Notes under the pieces: model-generated | Seen by the model: only the letters and a program-made list of their open reading frames with translations | Told to the model about the DNA's origin: nothing | Database searches by the model: none | Assembly: GCF_001194135.2 (NCBI RefSeq) | Contig: NC_068981.1 | Location: 134,262,649 to 134,326,648 of the forward strand | DNA: 64,000 nt | From: Octopus bimaculoides | Lineage: Eukaryota | Direction: 5' to 3' | Program-made: the position numbers and the translations under genes | Shown here: positions 12,535 through 24,465 of the stretch, one piece after another | Numbering within the stretch: the first letter of the stretch is position 1 | Layout of the letters: each line of letters begins with the position of its first letter

Positions 12535-12930
12535 TCCAGGTGATTAAGCATTGGCTATGGACAATATACTGGTTGAGTAATTGAAAGTACAATAAAATAA
12601 AAGATGGACAGGTAATTGTTAATGGTATCAAAGCTCTTATGAAAAGGTTATATGGAAGTAAGTATAAATATATGTAAGTAGGAAAACAAGAAAATTAGGT
12701 ATGTGAGAGTTTGTAGTAGTTCCCCATAGATAGGTAGATATCCTGAAAGTTCACACTCTGATGTCATAGATAAAAGAGAGAAAGAGCTGAATAGTCCCTT
12801 GTAGTAGTTCTTCATAGATAGGTAGATAGATATCAGCAGAGTTCATATTTGAACTTTACAAATAAGAGACGGGAGAATATGGGTAATCATTTACAGCTGT
12901 TTCTGGGTTTTGATGCTCAGTAAGTGCAAC
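12535..12930 (-). mobile_element. Possible Penelope-like pLTR remnant with degenerate hammerhead
   Basis: Internal duplicated block (tgtagtagtt..catagataggtagata). The minus strand at 12885-12925 reads ctga..acccagaaacagctgta, sharing the GAAAC-AGCT-GTA signature of the motifs at 20275 and 20819. Confidence 0.4.
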
Positions 12931-13019
12931 ATTGTGCGTTGTCTGTACATATGCATGAAGTAAACTGAGTTTTATAACTACTTCATGTTGATTTAACTCA
13001 CTCATTATATATATATATA

Positions 13020-14021
13020 ATGCTTGAATGAAAGAACTTGCAGAAGATGGTTTGCAAATTTCAGAAGTGAAGATTTCAGCCTTGAAGATGAAGATCGAAC
13101 AGGACGTCCAGTTGAGTTTGATGATAAGCTCCTTGAGGCATTACTTGAAGAAAATCCTGCATTATCAGTTGAAGAATTGGCAATAAAGCTTAGTTCAAAC
13201 CATACAACTGTTTATCGTCATCTTCAACAACTTGGAAAGGTTCCTAAACTTGGAAAATGGGTGCCTCATGATTTGTCTGAATGCAACCACAGATCCTGAG
13301 TTGACATCTGCTCTTCTCTCTCCATTCTCGTGAACTCATTTCACCCTTTTTGGATAGACTTGTGACTGGTGACGAAAAATGGATCTTCTATCGAAATGTT
13401 AAATGTCGTAAACAGTGGCTTGGTAAAAGGGAAAAAAACTCAACCACAACCGAGAAGGGAACTTCATGAGATAAAGGTTCTTCTCTCTATCTGGTGGGAT
13501 TGCAAAGGAGTAATTCACTTTGAATTGTTACCACCTAATGCAACAATCAATGCTCAAGTCTACTGTCAGCATTTAGAGCGTTTGAACCAAGCTTTAAAAA
13601 ATAAAAGACCCACTTTAGTGAATCGAAAAGGAGTGATGTTTCATCAGGACAATGCGTGACCCCACACTGCAAAGATCACATCACAGAAGATCGAAGAGCT
13701 TGGTTGGGAAAAACTTCCTCATCCACCTTATTCTCCTGACCTTGCTCCTTCAGACTACCTTTTGTTTCATAGTTTACAGAATCATTTGGGGGGACATAAC
13801 TTTCGCAAGCCAGGAGGAGGTCAAAATTGACATTTCAGAGTTCTTCGCTTTGAAACCAAAAGAGTTTTACATTGATGGAATTAAAAAGCTTGTAAATAGA
13901 TAGAAGGAAGTCATAGATAATCAGGGAAAGTACATTGATGATTAAATTTCAATTACATATAACATTTGATCACTTGTTTTCTTTATTCAAAATTCGGACA
14001 GAACTTATGAGATGACCTTGA
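13020..14021 (+). pseudogene. 5'-truncated mariner (D,D34D) transposase pseudogene with 3' TIR
   Basis: Frameshifted translation: RWFANFRSEDFSLEDEDRTGRP, WVPHDL, LVTGDEKWI (D1), VLLSIWWDCKGVIHFELL, FHQDNA*PH (D2), HPPYSPDLAPSDY (D3), stop at 13943-13945. 3' TIR cggacagaacttatgagatgaccttga followed by TA. Confidence 0.95.
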
Positions 14022-14544
14022 TATATATTAATTTATAGTTATTTTCATTTGCTGAATGCCACTTTAAGACCATGATATTCAATATGATTAATAAAATCAT
14101 AATTATTTATTAACGGTTTTCAAATAGTTTTATTGTTATCTTAGCATGCTAGTAGTGAAATCAGTGTCAACTTTTTCATTTTGTGTATATTTTTTATTAA
14201 GCTGTTGTGGAGAAAATTGCATTTGCATGAATTGTTATTTGTTTTCATTGGAGAAATAAATCCATTTTTCTATCATGCTTTTAAATCTGGATACACAGCA
14301 AGAAATATCTAGTGTAAACCCATATATTTGTAGAATATTCGCTTTATTATGACTGCTAAAACACTCGAAGTTACTAATAAAGCTGAATAAAAATATGAAG
14401 CATATTTGAAGTACTCCATGTCATAGTATTTGTGATTGGATATGAATGAAGTGCAACTAAACAAACATGCTATTGATGTGCAACCAAAACATTGAAATGA
14501 TGCATCTTAAATGCAGTAAAACATTTTGGAAATAATTTTTATTT

Positions 14545-14850
14545 ATGCGTGAGAAGACCCGGCAAGCCAAGTAAGATCGTTGCCAGTGCCCCTGGACTGG
14601 CTTGTGCGGGTGGCACATAAAAGACACCATTTCGAGCGTGGCCGTTTTCATGCGGGTGACACGTAAAAGCACCCACTACACTCTCTGAGTGGTTGGCGTT
14701 AGGAAGGGCATCCAGCTGTAGAAACTCTGCCAAATTAGATTGGAGCCTGGTGTTGCCATCCGGTTTCACCAGTCCTCAGTCAAATCGTCCAACCCATGCT
14801 AGCATGGAAAGCGGACGTTAAACGACGACGACGATGATGATGATGATGAG
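14545..14850 (+). mobile_element. Family D young RTE-type LINE/SINE 3' end with (ATG)n tail
   Basis: gagaagacccggcaagccaag...ggttggcgttaggaagggcatccagctgtagaaac...gcatggaaagcggacgttaaacgacgacgatgatg; nearly identical to the copies at 38151-38445 and 58637-58958. Confidence 0.85.
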
Positions 14851-15232
14851 GTGCAGGCATAGCTATGTGGTTAAGAAGCTTGCTTTACAATTATGTGACC
14901 TTGGGTTCAGTCCCACTGTGTGCCATCTTGGACAAGTGCCTTTTACTGTAGCCCTAGGCCAACTACAGCTTTGTGAGTGTAATTTGGTGGACAGAAACTG
15001 AAAGAATCCTGTTGTATGTGTGTCTAGACATCAGATGGTGGCTATAAATGAGCAATGTTGCTCGTTTCCAGTCTTACATGAAAAATCATGCCTGACCATG
15101 GGGAAATATTACCTTGCTTGGAAATGGGTGAGGGTTGGCTACAGAAAAGATATCTGGTTGGAGAAAATCTGCCTCAACAAATTCTGTTTGACCAATGCAA
15201 ATATGGAAAAGTGGTCATTAAATGATGATGAG
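14851..15232 (+). mobile_element. Composite SINE: family A tRNA head with an alternative body and ATG tail
   Basis: Head gtgcaggcatagctatgtggttaagaag...gggttcagtccc; body ttccagtcttacatgaaaaatcatg..ccatggggaaatattaccttgcttggaaa; tail cattaaatgatgatga. Related bodies at ~30490-30700 (-), ~45155-45430 (+) and ~46760-46920 (-). Confidence 0.7.
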
Positions 15233-15299
15233 GTTGTTAAAACATTTGATTTCATAGGCTCTGAAACTAAGTGCTCAGGTACAGTTTACTTCTAGTCTT

Positions 15300-15960
15300 C
15301 AGCTTATAAGATTTCTGTTAGCTCATCTGACAATAGTGAAGTTTGTGTGTCACCATGATGTGTCACCATTTAGAGTGTGTTTCTGGAGAAGCTATATTTC
15401 GGTGGGAAAACACTTACACATTCAGCTCTACTTTTTGCATTACTGTCAACCAGCAGCAAAAAGCTTAAAAGTACATAGCTTACTTTACTGACACATAGAA
15501 AGCTTTACAAAGGCTTCAGAAATATGTAGATAGAGTATATTCTAAAATGCATTCTAGTTTCTGCTTTAAGTAGTTTCCCATAGACATGATATTCTCACTG
15601 CATCAGCTTCAAGAAAAGTGTCAGGAGTACAATCAACCTTGCCTTGATGTATCCTTGCCATGTATATCCTTGTCTCCATATTTTTTGTATCTTCTCTGTG
15701 CTACTCTTGAAAATGCATTTAAATTCTCATCTGATGGTGTTTACACCTGCTCAAGATCTGATGGCCTGCTGTTCAGTATAGCCAGAGCACAAGATAAGGA
15801 AAGTTACTGTTAGAAACCTGTTATTTGTTAGTGACATGGCTGTCTTCTCAAACTCTACAGAAGGCTTTCAAAATTCCATGAACAGGTTTCTAGGCACTTG
15901 GAAGCTTTTTGATCTCAGAATTTATCTCAAGAAGCCCTAAGTCATGGGATATGGCACTCC
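15300..15960 (+). pseudogene. Decayed RTE (BovB-like) LINE fragment
   Basis: ORF 15586-15813: DMIFSLHQLQEKCQEYNQP (cf. DMIFSLRQLQEKCREQ) and AFKFSSDGVYTCSRSDGLLFSIAR (cf. EGVYLHTRSDGKLFNLAR); internal deletions. Confidence 0.8.
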
Positions 15961-16024
15961 AGCATATCCTTGTAAAAAAAAAAAAAGATTTTTTTAAACA
16001 CAAAATGGTGATTATATGCAATAT

Positions 16025-16215
16025 AGTCCTTTCTACTATTGGTACAGGACCTGAAATTTTGGGGGAGTGGGTAACTGATTACACTGATTTTAGTGCTCAA
16101 CTGGTATTTTTTATCAACCCCCAAAAGGATGAAAGGCAAAGTTGACCTCAGCAAGATTTTAAACTCAGAATATAAAGACAAGAGAAATGCCACTAAAGAT
16201 TTTGTCCAGCATGCT
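16025..16215 (-). mobile_element. SINE family C (tRNA head plus Deu/Nin-like domain)
   Basis: Reverse complement of gcctttcatcct..ggggtcgataaa..aagtaccagtt. Other copies at ~23222-23320 (+), ~31535-31740 (-), ~37545-37765 (+), ~45470-45685 (-), ~51020-51145 (+) and ~55130-55345 (+). Confidence 0.8.
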
Positions 16216-18021
16216 GGGATGAAAATAATCTAATATGTAAACCGTTTTTTTTTTTTCAGTTTAGAGCTAGTGTTCTAATTGGCTGCTTGGTGTTTTATGG
16301 AAAATATTTTTATGAAATAATTGAATTTTACAGTTTGTAATCAAAAATGAGTATTAAGGTTATTTTACAAGCTCTTATATTTCTGATCCATTTATACATA
16401 TTTGATTTCTAGTGATATTTCTCCCACTATTTTTATTTAAAAGATTGCAGAGACTGTATCAGAAAACTATGTAGTTATAAAACTTCGGATGAATTCTATA
16501 TTTTGTTTTGTGCATGTTTTGAAAATTTGTGATAGAAAAATGAAGCTTCCTTTTATCTCTTGATTAGACAAACAGCATGATCAACAGATTTACATTTACT
16601 TTTAGTGTTAGATTTGCTCAAATATCAATCTTTCAGTTTTTTAAATTAGAATATCTTTTCAAAGATCAAAGTATTTTTAATTCAGTAAATGTCACTGATT
16701 CAATAGAAATCCTGCCATCTGGTAAACTCTTTTAATTTATTCTTAAATGTTTATAAACTTATTGAAACCATGAATCCTTCAAAGTCGGCTCAATGAGAAA
16801 TTTCAAAGTTTCCCTTCATTAATATTGCTTTCATTAACAAATTGTTCTCTACTCCAATATTTCATGTAATTACTGACCAATTAGCTGTATTTCTTTTAAC
16901 GTATGCTAAATGAAAGGTTATTTTTTATCTCTATAGAGATTTTTGTATACAATAATTCATATTTTCTAAGAGATTCGTGATTGTTTTGAATTAAAGTTGA
17001 ACTTGTTTAGGGTTTATTATTTTCAAATTTATCTCGGATTTTGAAAATGTTGATTTCATTTGAATAGTTATATGATAGTCATCAAACCTCAGGTGCATTT
17101 CATATTTCCTTCCATTAAAAAAAAAAGGAAAATTAATGTAATAATGCCAGTTATGATCACTGTTTGAAAATAAATGTTACTAAATCTAGAGAGCTTTCTT
17201 TCTTGAAAGACAGTGAAAATATTATGAAAGCACCACTAAAATTCCTATTTTTAAGGTTGAAAGTTTTTAGTTGTAACAACATATTGATATGATGATCAGA
17301 TCACTCCTCCATTATACGAAGAAACATTATGCTAAAGTAAAACTTTTGTCTTTAAACAGAGGCAAATTTTTGTTAAATCTGGTCCATGTTTTTAAATGTT
17401 GATACTGTATTTTTCCCATTCTGTGTATGTCAAATTCATTCCTGATACTTCAGAATGATTTTGATTAAGTTGCTGCTGTGATTCATTTTATCATCTTAGT
17501 AATGTCTCCATTGATAGTTTGAATTGGTTATTAATATATAAGCAAATGTATTACATGTGCAGGTATATGGCCTAGTGGTTTAAGTATTGGTCTTGCAATC
17601 ATGGGGTTATGGGTTCAATCTCTGACTGGTTGGCACATTGTATCTTTGAGCAGTAAGACACTTTATTTCATGTTGCACTAGCCTACTGAACTGAAAAGAG
17701 TACTTACTGAGAACTGGTACAGTCTTCTCTACTGCCAGCTCTCACATGTTGGAGAGAGCCAAGCCATACTTGCTTCCATATAACAACCATAGTTTAAATG
17801 CATTTTAAAATTACAAAAGACAAAAGCATAAATTTTTAACTTTAAAATACGAAATTATGTGAACTTTATGAATCTTCCATGTACTGTATACTTTCAGATT
17901 CAAATTTCTAATCCCACCTCATATTGTGAGGGAATGGTAATCTCCTTTGTATTAACAGTCAGAGCCAGAGGGTTCCACATGTATCTTTTAGTTATCTTGA
18001 GCAGTAGTTATGTGGGGAAAT

Positions 18022-18355
18022 CATCATCATAATCATCATCATTTAATGTCTGTTTTCCATGCTGGCATGGGTTGGACAGTTTCACTGAGGTCTGGAGAGC
18101 CAGCGGCTGCACCAGGTTCCAATCTGATCTGCAATGTTTCTACAGCTGGATGCCCTTCCTAACGCCAACCACTCTGAGAGTGTAGTGGGTGCTTTTTACG
18201 TGTCAGTCAAGCAGGCCTGGCAATAACCACGTTTGGATGGTGCTTTTTACATGCCACTAGCACAGGAGCCTGTTATGGGGTACTGGCATTGGTCATGATC
18301 GGTTGGTGCTTTTTACGTGCTACTGGCATGGGAGCCAGTCAGGCAGACCTGGCAT
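18022..18355 (-). mobile_element. Family D element with three internal ~40-bp repeats
   Basis: (CAT)n tail, conserved core, repeated ggtgctttttac(g/a)tg..actggca units. Confidence 0.85.
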
Positions 18356-18829
18356 TGATGAATCCAAAACTTGAAATGAATGCCATTTGCTAGGAAGTTA
18401 TTTTTGATTTTGGCTTCTTTTATGGTTGAACAGTTGATTCATTTGTATCAAATTTGTTTGCAATCCTATGCAGAACTCTAAACTTATACATAGTAATGTT
18501 GTTGATAAGGTTGATAAATTAAACTCATGTCAGATTAATATCAATAGAAACATCTAGAATTTAAAAGCTTATTTATTTTTCATAACCAGTATGTAATTTC
18601 TCAGTGCTTACAACAGTTGATGGGCTTCTTTCTTTTGGTAGAACCATTACTTTCTGTTTTGCTCATTCAAATATTACTTGCTAAGGAAGATAAGGTTTCT
18701 TCTCCAGCTCTGTGCCCCTACATCATATATATCAATCGATCCTATTAGTGCATGTTATGGGGAATCATTTGTACACTTCGTTAATACAATTATTGATATT
18801 CATAATTTAGAAAAGAGATGAACCGGGTG

Positions 18830-19015
18830 TTATGATCTCAATACATCTCCCATCAAAACTTCTCTATAATCAGTCACTAGTTTCCATGTATACACTTAAA
18901 TTTCAGTTGAACACAATGTCTCTTCTCATGGATGTAGTTAGGAGGCACTTTCCAGCCGGATACAAGCACCATAAACATATTAACAAGAATAACAACAAAG
19001 CCAGTTGCATCAATA
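18830..19015 (+). pseudogene. Penelope-like element fragment (linker upstream of GIY-YIG)
   Basis: ORF 18832-19020 LYNQ...LMDVVRRHFPAGYKHHKHINKNNNKASC resembles PLE W(F/Y)NPP...L.LI.KHFP..HKLHKI.N.N..K.SYSC. Confidence 0.55.
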
Positions 19016-19854
19016 AATGATAGAAATCTATGAAATCTAGATATAGTTGAGTGACTAGGATTGTCTACTTACAGTAAATATTTGCTGAATCTGGAGGAAG
19101 AGGCAAAGCCCTTGCAAGCCCCCTACGACTGTTAAAGCTCAGTTTAAACTGTTACTGGCCAGTGGCTAAAAGAAAGACATGAGCTTGGATGAGACTCGAA
19201 AGGGATGATGTTCAAGAGAAGAAGGATTGTAAAAAGTAGGTAGTGTGTAGAAAGAGGGTGTTGAATGCTTGTTGTTGAAGCTGTTCAGCTATGAAGTACT
19301 TTCATTAACATATGGTTTAATCTCTGTATGTATAAATATGTATGTATGCATGTAAAATATATTAATTCACAACTGCTTTATTATAGATATTTCATATTTC
19401 CCTATTAATCTTTTACAATTAAACCTTGGGAGAGGCATTATGCCGGTAATAAACACACACACTGGTTCAGTCCTTTATTAATTTATATAGTTTTAATTAT
19501 TTCATTGCACTCTTGCAATCTCTTCAGTAACTTGTCTCTCCACTTCCATTTATTGTATTTTTAATTGTATTTATAAGGTTTAATTGTATTTCTTTCAACA
19601 CACGTATCCACATCAAGAATCTTGCACACGGAATACACATATGAAATATTAATCTTTTGTTTCTTTGAAATTAAGCTGGCATTTCTGGACCTTCACAATC
19701 TCTTTTTCGAAGTAAAACTTATTATAATGGCATTTAGTTCGCACATTCTATGGCAACCTGAATAATTTTATAATAGATAAAATCCTCAATGTTGGATTTC
19801 AAAATTATGCATCAGTGAACCCTGGTAGATTTCATCATATCCTTTTTTTAAAAT

Positions 19855-20090
19855 TTTTCTTGTTTCAGTCATTAGACTGTGGCCATGCTGGAGCACCACT
19901 TTGAAAAACTTTTAGTTGAATGAATCAGCCTTAGTACTTTTTCCTTTTTTTTAAGCCTGGTACTTATTTTATCTATCTCATTTGCTGAACTGCTAAGCTG
20001 TGGGGATGTAAACACACCAACACCGGTTATTAAGTGGTGGTGTGTTACAAACACAGACATAAAGACACTCACAAACACACAGTCATATAT
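19855..20090 (-). mobile_element. SINE family A, 3' half
   Basis: ttgtttcagtcattagactgtggccatgctggagcaccac... to acacagacataaagacac. Confidence 0.85.
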
Positions 20091-20274
20091 ATATATATGC
20101 TGAGTTAGTGCTATGGATAGACCATAGTTAAGCTCCAGGTTCGGTGATTATGCGAATAAGGGCTCCAACGTAGGTCATGTATCAGCGTGTGAATATAAAG
20201 ATTTATTTTTCATAATGAGATAAATAAACCAAGGCTGTGTGCATTATAGAACATTTATGGAACATTTATAAATA

Positions 20275-20323
20275 GGTCTTACAGCTGTTTCTAGGATATT
20301 TATTATAGCCCATCATCGGAGAC
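20275..20323 (-). ncRNA. Minimal type-I hammerhead ribozyme motif
   Basis: Minus strand: gtct CCGATGA tgggctataataaatatccta GAAAC agct GTA agacc. Stem II is weakened by substitutions. Confidence 0.6.
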
Positions 20324-20818
20324 GGTGTGAGAAGATGGTTAAGCAATAGTTAATTTAGATAAGATAGAAAATAGAGAGTGAATGCAGGGATATTGTATTT
20401 GTAAATCTATTGTTTAGGCAGAATGGTATACATATAAGATTCTAATACCTTGTGAGTAAAATCCAACAGTCTTTAAGACTGATCATTGTATTTGTAAATC
20501 CATTATTAAGATTCCAATACCCTATGAGTAAAATCCAACAATCTTTGAAATTGGTCATTCCAAATAGTTTAAACACAGTGTTATTGAATCAAGGGTTCTG
20601 TTTAAAGATTTTACTCATAGGGTATTGGAATTTTAATAATAGATTTACAAATACAATGACCAATCTTAAAGACTCTTGGATTTTACTCACAAGGTATTGG
20701 AATTTTATATGTATACCATTCTGCCTAAACAATGGATTTACAAATACAATATCCCTGCATTCACTCTCTATTTCCTATCTTATCTAAATTAACTATTGCT
20801 TAACCATCCTCTCACACC

Positions 20819-20867
20819 GTCTCCGATGAAGGGATATAATAAATATCCTGGAAACAGCTGTAAGACC
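20819..20867 (+). ncRNA. Minimal type-I hammerhead ribozyme motif
   Basis: gtct (stem I) CCGATGA (core, U4C) ag-ggatat-aataa-atatcc-tg (stem II) GAAAC agct GTA (2-bp stem III, palindromic loop, NUH site) agac (stem I). Confidence 0.7.
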
Positions 20868-21074
20868 TTCTATTTATAAATGTTCTATAATGCACACAGC
20901 CTTGTTTTTTTATCTCATTACAATATATATATATATGATTCAATGCTGACTTATTTGACATCAGATGTTTTAATGTTCCTCTCTTTCTTGCACTCACTCT
21001 TTCTGTTTATGTGTGCGAACATCTAGTTGTTTGTATGCATGTGTAATTTCTCTTTCTCTCCCTGTACGTGAATA

Positions 21075-21076
<2 letters not shown>

Positions 21077-21127
<51 letters not shown>

Positions 21128-21150
21128 ATGCGTGTGTGTGTGCATGCACA
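21077..21150. repeat. (TG)n microsatellite
   Basis: Long TG run. Similar (CA/TG)n tracts at ~43975-44043, ~48705-48770, ~51284-51350 (GA then TG) and ~53215-53275. Confidence 0.95.
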
Positions 21151-22609
21151 TGTACCTTCATCTCCAAAGTCTGCTGTCGCCAAAACAAGAAGAATTGCCA
21201 GTCAGCCATGCCAAATTGTCAGTGAACAAATAACAGCGCCCAATTGTCTCATTCTGGTATTAATGTATGTACACTTTCTTTTTTAATTATTTGAGCTATC
21301 CCTATAAAAAAAAGGCACTTGTTTTTAACAAAGAAACAAAGCTTTATCACCAGAATTTAGATAACAACATTGGAATTTAATCAATTGAAATGATTTCTGT
21401 GATGAGAAGAAAATCCAGGATTAGTGTTAATAAATATTTCCTCCTAGAAGGAGTAAGGGAGAAAACTCCTAGAAATTTGAATTCACCAAAAGTTTGATTA
21501 AATTATGCAGAGGTGCTATGGCAACAACTCCAAACATGTTTTGGACCCCTTGGTGAGACAAGTGCATCAGGAGGGTCTAACTGGGGGTGTCACAAGATCA
21601 GCCTGTTCTGGTGACCAAATTCTACTAGTAGTAGTGGTAGAAGTGGTGGTGGCAGTGGTAGTAATGTAACAGTAGTGGTGGTAATGGTGGTGGTTGCAGT
21701 AGTAGAAGAGACAGTAAGAAGGCAACATATCTATTATCTAGATACTGAGTTGGAGTGTGCTGGGTGAGAACAACTTCATACCAATATTCATCTCAATCAA
21801 ATGTGAATAGATTTAAACTAATGTTGTTATGAAAGAATATACATCATTACCGTTATTAATGATAATGTAAATAGATTGCTCTTCTGCTATGTTGGAAATT
21901 GTTAATGATGTCAATGCAGGATATTAATGTTTGTTGTACATTATATCTATTTTATTATGAAATGAAATGTTGAAATTCCTGTTATCAACTGAAATAAGGA
22001 TTTCCCCCTGAGAAATAGTCTCTCAGCTAATTGAAGATTTATTTCAATTGAATTATTGATGTTACATACAATAGCTGTACCAATCTTCAATATGATTTCA
22101 AGTACTTTGATTATTGAAACAGTGTCTCATCAATTTTGTAATATTAATTGTTTACAAAAGCTCAAAAGGCAGATGTTTTTTTCCCCTTTCAGTGAAGGGA
22201 AGAATTTACTAATGGAATAACTATTATATTCTTAACAACTCTTTTTACTTTCAAATATTTAAACATTCAAACACATTCTTTTATATCTGGGTTAAAAAAA
22301 AAAGTGACTGGTTAGCACACACTTTGCAAGTGCAATCAGTGAGCTGGGAACAAAAAAAATATGAAAGACTTTTCTAAAATCTAACATGTAACTTTTTATA
22401 TTATCCATCCATCTTCTCCACCTACTATTCCTGGGAGGATTATGGAAATAGAATCCTCAGATACCTCTTCTATAGAGTTCTATATAGGGTCCTATCAGAA
22501 GGAGCTATCTTTACACTTTTAAGTTAGATTCCCAAGCATGGCTACCTGGAACTATGGATGTTATCCAACCTTCGCATTCTTGATCTATTCATTTATACCC
22601 TTTTTTCCC

Positions 22610-22980
22610 CATTTTCTACTTGTTTCAGTCATTTGACTACAGCCACGCTGGAGCACTGCCTTGAAAGGTTTTAGTCAAACAAGACTTATTTCTTAAGCCT
22701 AGTACTTATTCTATCGGTCTCTTTTGTTGAACTGCTAATTTACGGAGACATAAACAGACCAACACCAGTTGTCAAGTGGTGATGGGAGGACAAACACACA
22801 TATACACACACACACACACACAATGGGTTTCTTTCAGTTTCTGTCTACCAAATCCACTCACAAGGCTTTAGTTGGCCCAATGCTGTAGTAGAGAACACTT
22901 GCCCAAGGTACCATACAGTAAGACTGAACCCAGAACCATGTGGTTGAGAAGCAAGCTTCTTACCACACAGCCATGCCTGT
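22610..22980 (-). mobile_element. SINE family A, near full length
   Basis: Tail ttttctacttgtttcagtcatttgact through head ...cttcttaccacacagccatgcctg. Confidence 0.88.
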
Positions 22981-23324
22981 TGTTTTTAAGTTCCAATGAT
23001 CGAGCCTTGTATCTTTATTAGAAAATCAGCCAGTTGATTATAGGAAGAATCCAGTAAATTCATATATATTCCAAGGTGCATGTACATATGCATACACACA
23101 GACAACTAACTTGTCCTCTCCAAACACTTTGGCAACAACATACATATCCATTGACTTTCACACAAAACTGATATTGGTAATGATGATGTTGATGTAACCA
23201 CTTGGTGCCTGGTGACAAATTGGCTGAGTTATTAGAGCATTGGATAGAATTTGTTTTGACTTTCTATGCTCTAAGTTCAAATCTTGTTGAGGTCAACCTT
23301 GCTTTTCATCCTTTCAGTTTTTAA

Positions 23325-23583
23325 CCCTTTAGCATTTAAACTGACTGTATCTGGCCCAAATATTCTACCTGTTTTATGTTGAAACTAGCCATATCTGGCC
23401 CCTCACACCTACACCAACAATGCCCTTCTAAAAGTAAACAATCACATCATCAACATCTTGAGGCTATAGGATAATACATGATTAATTCGAAACAAAGTCA
23501 AACAGTCCAACCCATGCCAGCATAGACAACGGACATTAAAAGATGAGGATGATATTTAACACAGTAATCTGAATACTAAAGAG
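23325..23583 (+). mobile_element. TTAA/piggyBac-type MITE family 2, interrupting a family C SINE and containing a family D tail fragment
   Basis: TTAA(23321-23324)-ccctttagcatttaaac ... gaatactaaagag-TTAA(23584-23587); body matches 62381-62597; insert at ~23495-23552. Confidence 0.8.
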
Positions 23584-24179
23584 TTAAACTTGTGACAAAC
23601 TGGTGTCCTATTCAAAGGCAAGTCTTGTACTTTCAGTCCTTTAAATACCACAGAAACCCCACACAATGGGAATGAACCTATAACCACTTAGTTGCATAGC
23701 AAACGTCTTAGCCATACAGCCATGCCTGTGCTTAAATATTTCAGAACAACAACCTGATGTCGAGCTTCTGTTCAGCTATCTGCCACAGCTACTTGTATTA
23801 CAGCAGTTTCTAGTTTTCTTCACTAACTATGCCTTTTCTACATAACACACCACATTCTATAAACCTTCCCAGCATGCTAGTCTGACCATCTTCAAAGCAA
23901 ATTGAGTAAAATTTTCTTTGATTCTAAAAATTTTCAATTGAAGTATTTGCTACTAGTGTGTTTCTTTCTAATTTTAAAGCTTATTATCACATTATTTGAA
24001 AATGACATCTTAAATAATTGGCATAAAATTGGATAAAACAAAACTATTAATAACAGCTTGCTTTAAAATATCTTAGTTGATTTTACCATTCCTTTCATCT
24101 ATTGAGTGGATATTTTCATTCGCTAAGTAGTGATTTAAGGATGTTGCTGCACCTCTTCATGCACATTGTTATTTTCATT

Positions 24180-24309
24180 GCTGTTTAGCCCCCAGGACAG
24201 TTTTGCTCTAACTCAAGGATCTTTATGACCAAGGGCATTTCAACCTTGACTATCCCATCTTATTTTCATTGTTGTATCTCTGCAGTTGCTGCTGCTGCTC
24301 CGACTACCA

Positions 24310-24358
<49 letters not shown>

Positions 24359-24465
24359 ATCATCATCATCATCATATCATCATTCAATGTGTCCATCCTG
24401 TTTTAAGATAGAAAGGTGTTACTTCAAGGAAATTTAGTTACTATTTCTAGTAAGTCAATGGGCTC
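24180..24465 (+). mobile_element. Repeat family E (gtttagcccc...ggaaatttagttactatttctag) split by (ACT)n/(CAT)n
   Basis: Homologous segments at ~36540-36900 (-), ~37030-37140 (-), ~43290-43400, ~44225-44285 and ~48420-48610. Confidence 0.6.

Larger units (their letters stand above)
20213..20920. mobile_element. Foldback element of two inverted Penelope-like pLTR arms, inserted in (TA)n
   Basis: Arms 20213-20535 and 20607-20920 are reverse complements with few substitutions, around a 71-bp spacer. Each arm has an internal ~70-bp direct repeat and a hammerhead motif. An extra ~115 bp (20099-20212) lies between the left arm and the flanking (TA)n. Confidence 0.85.
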
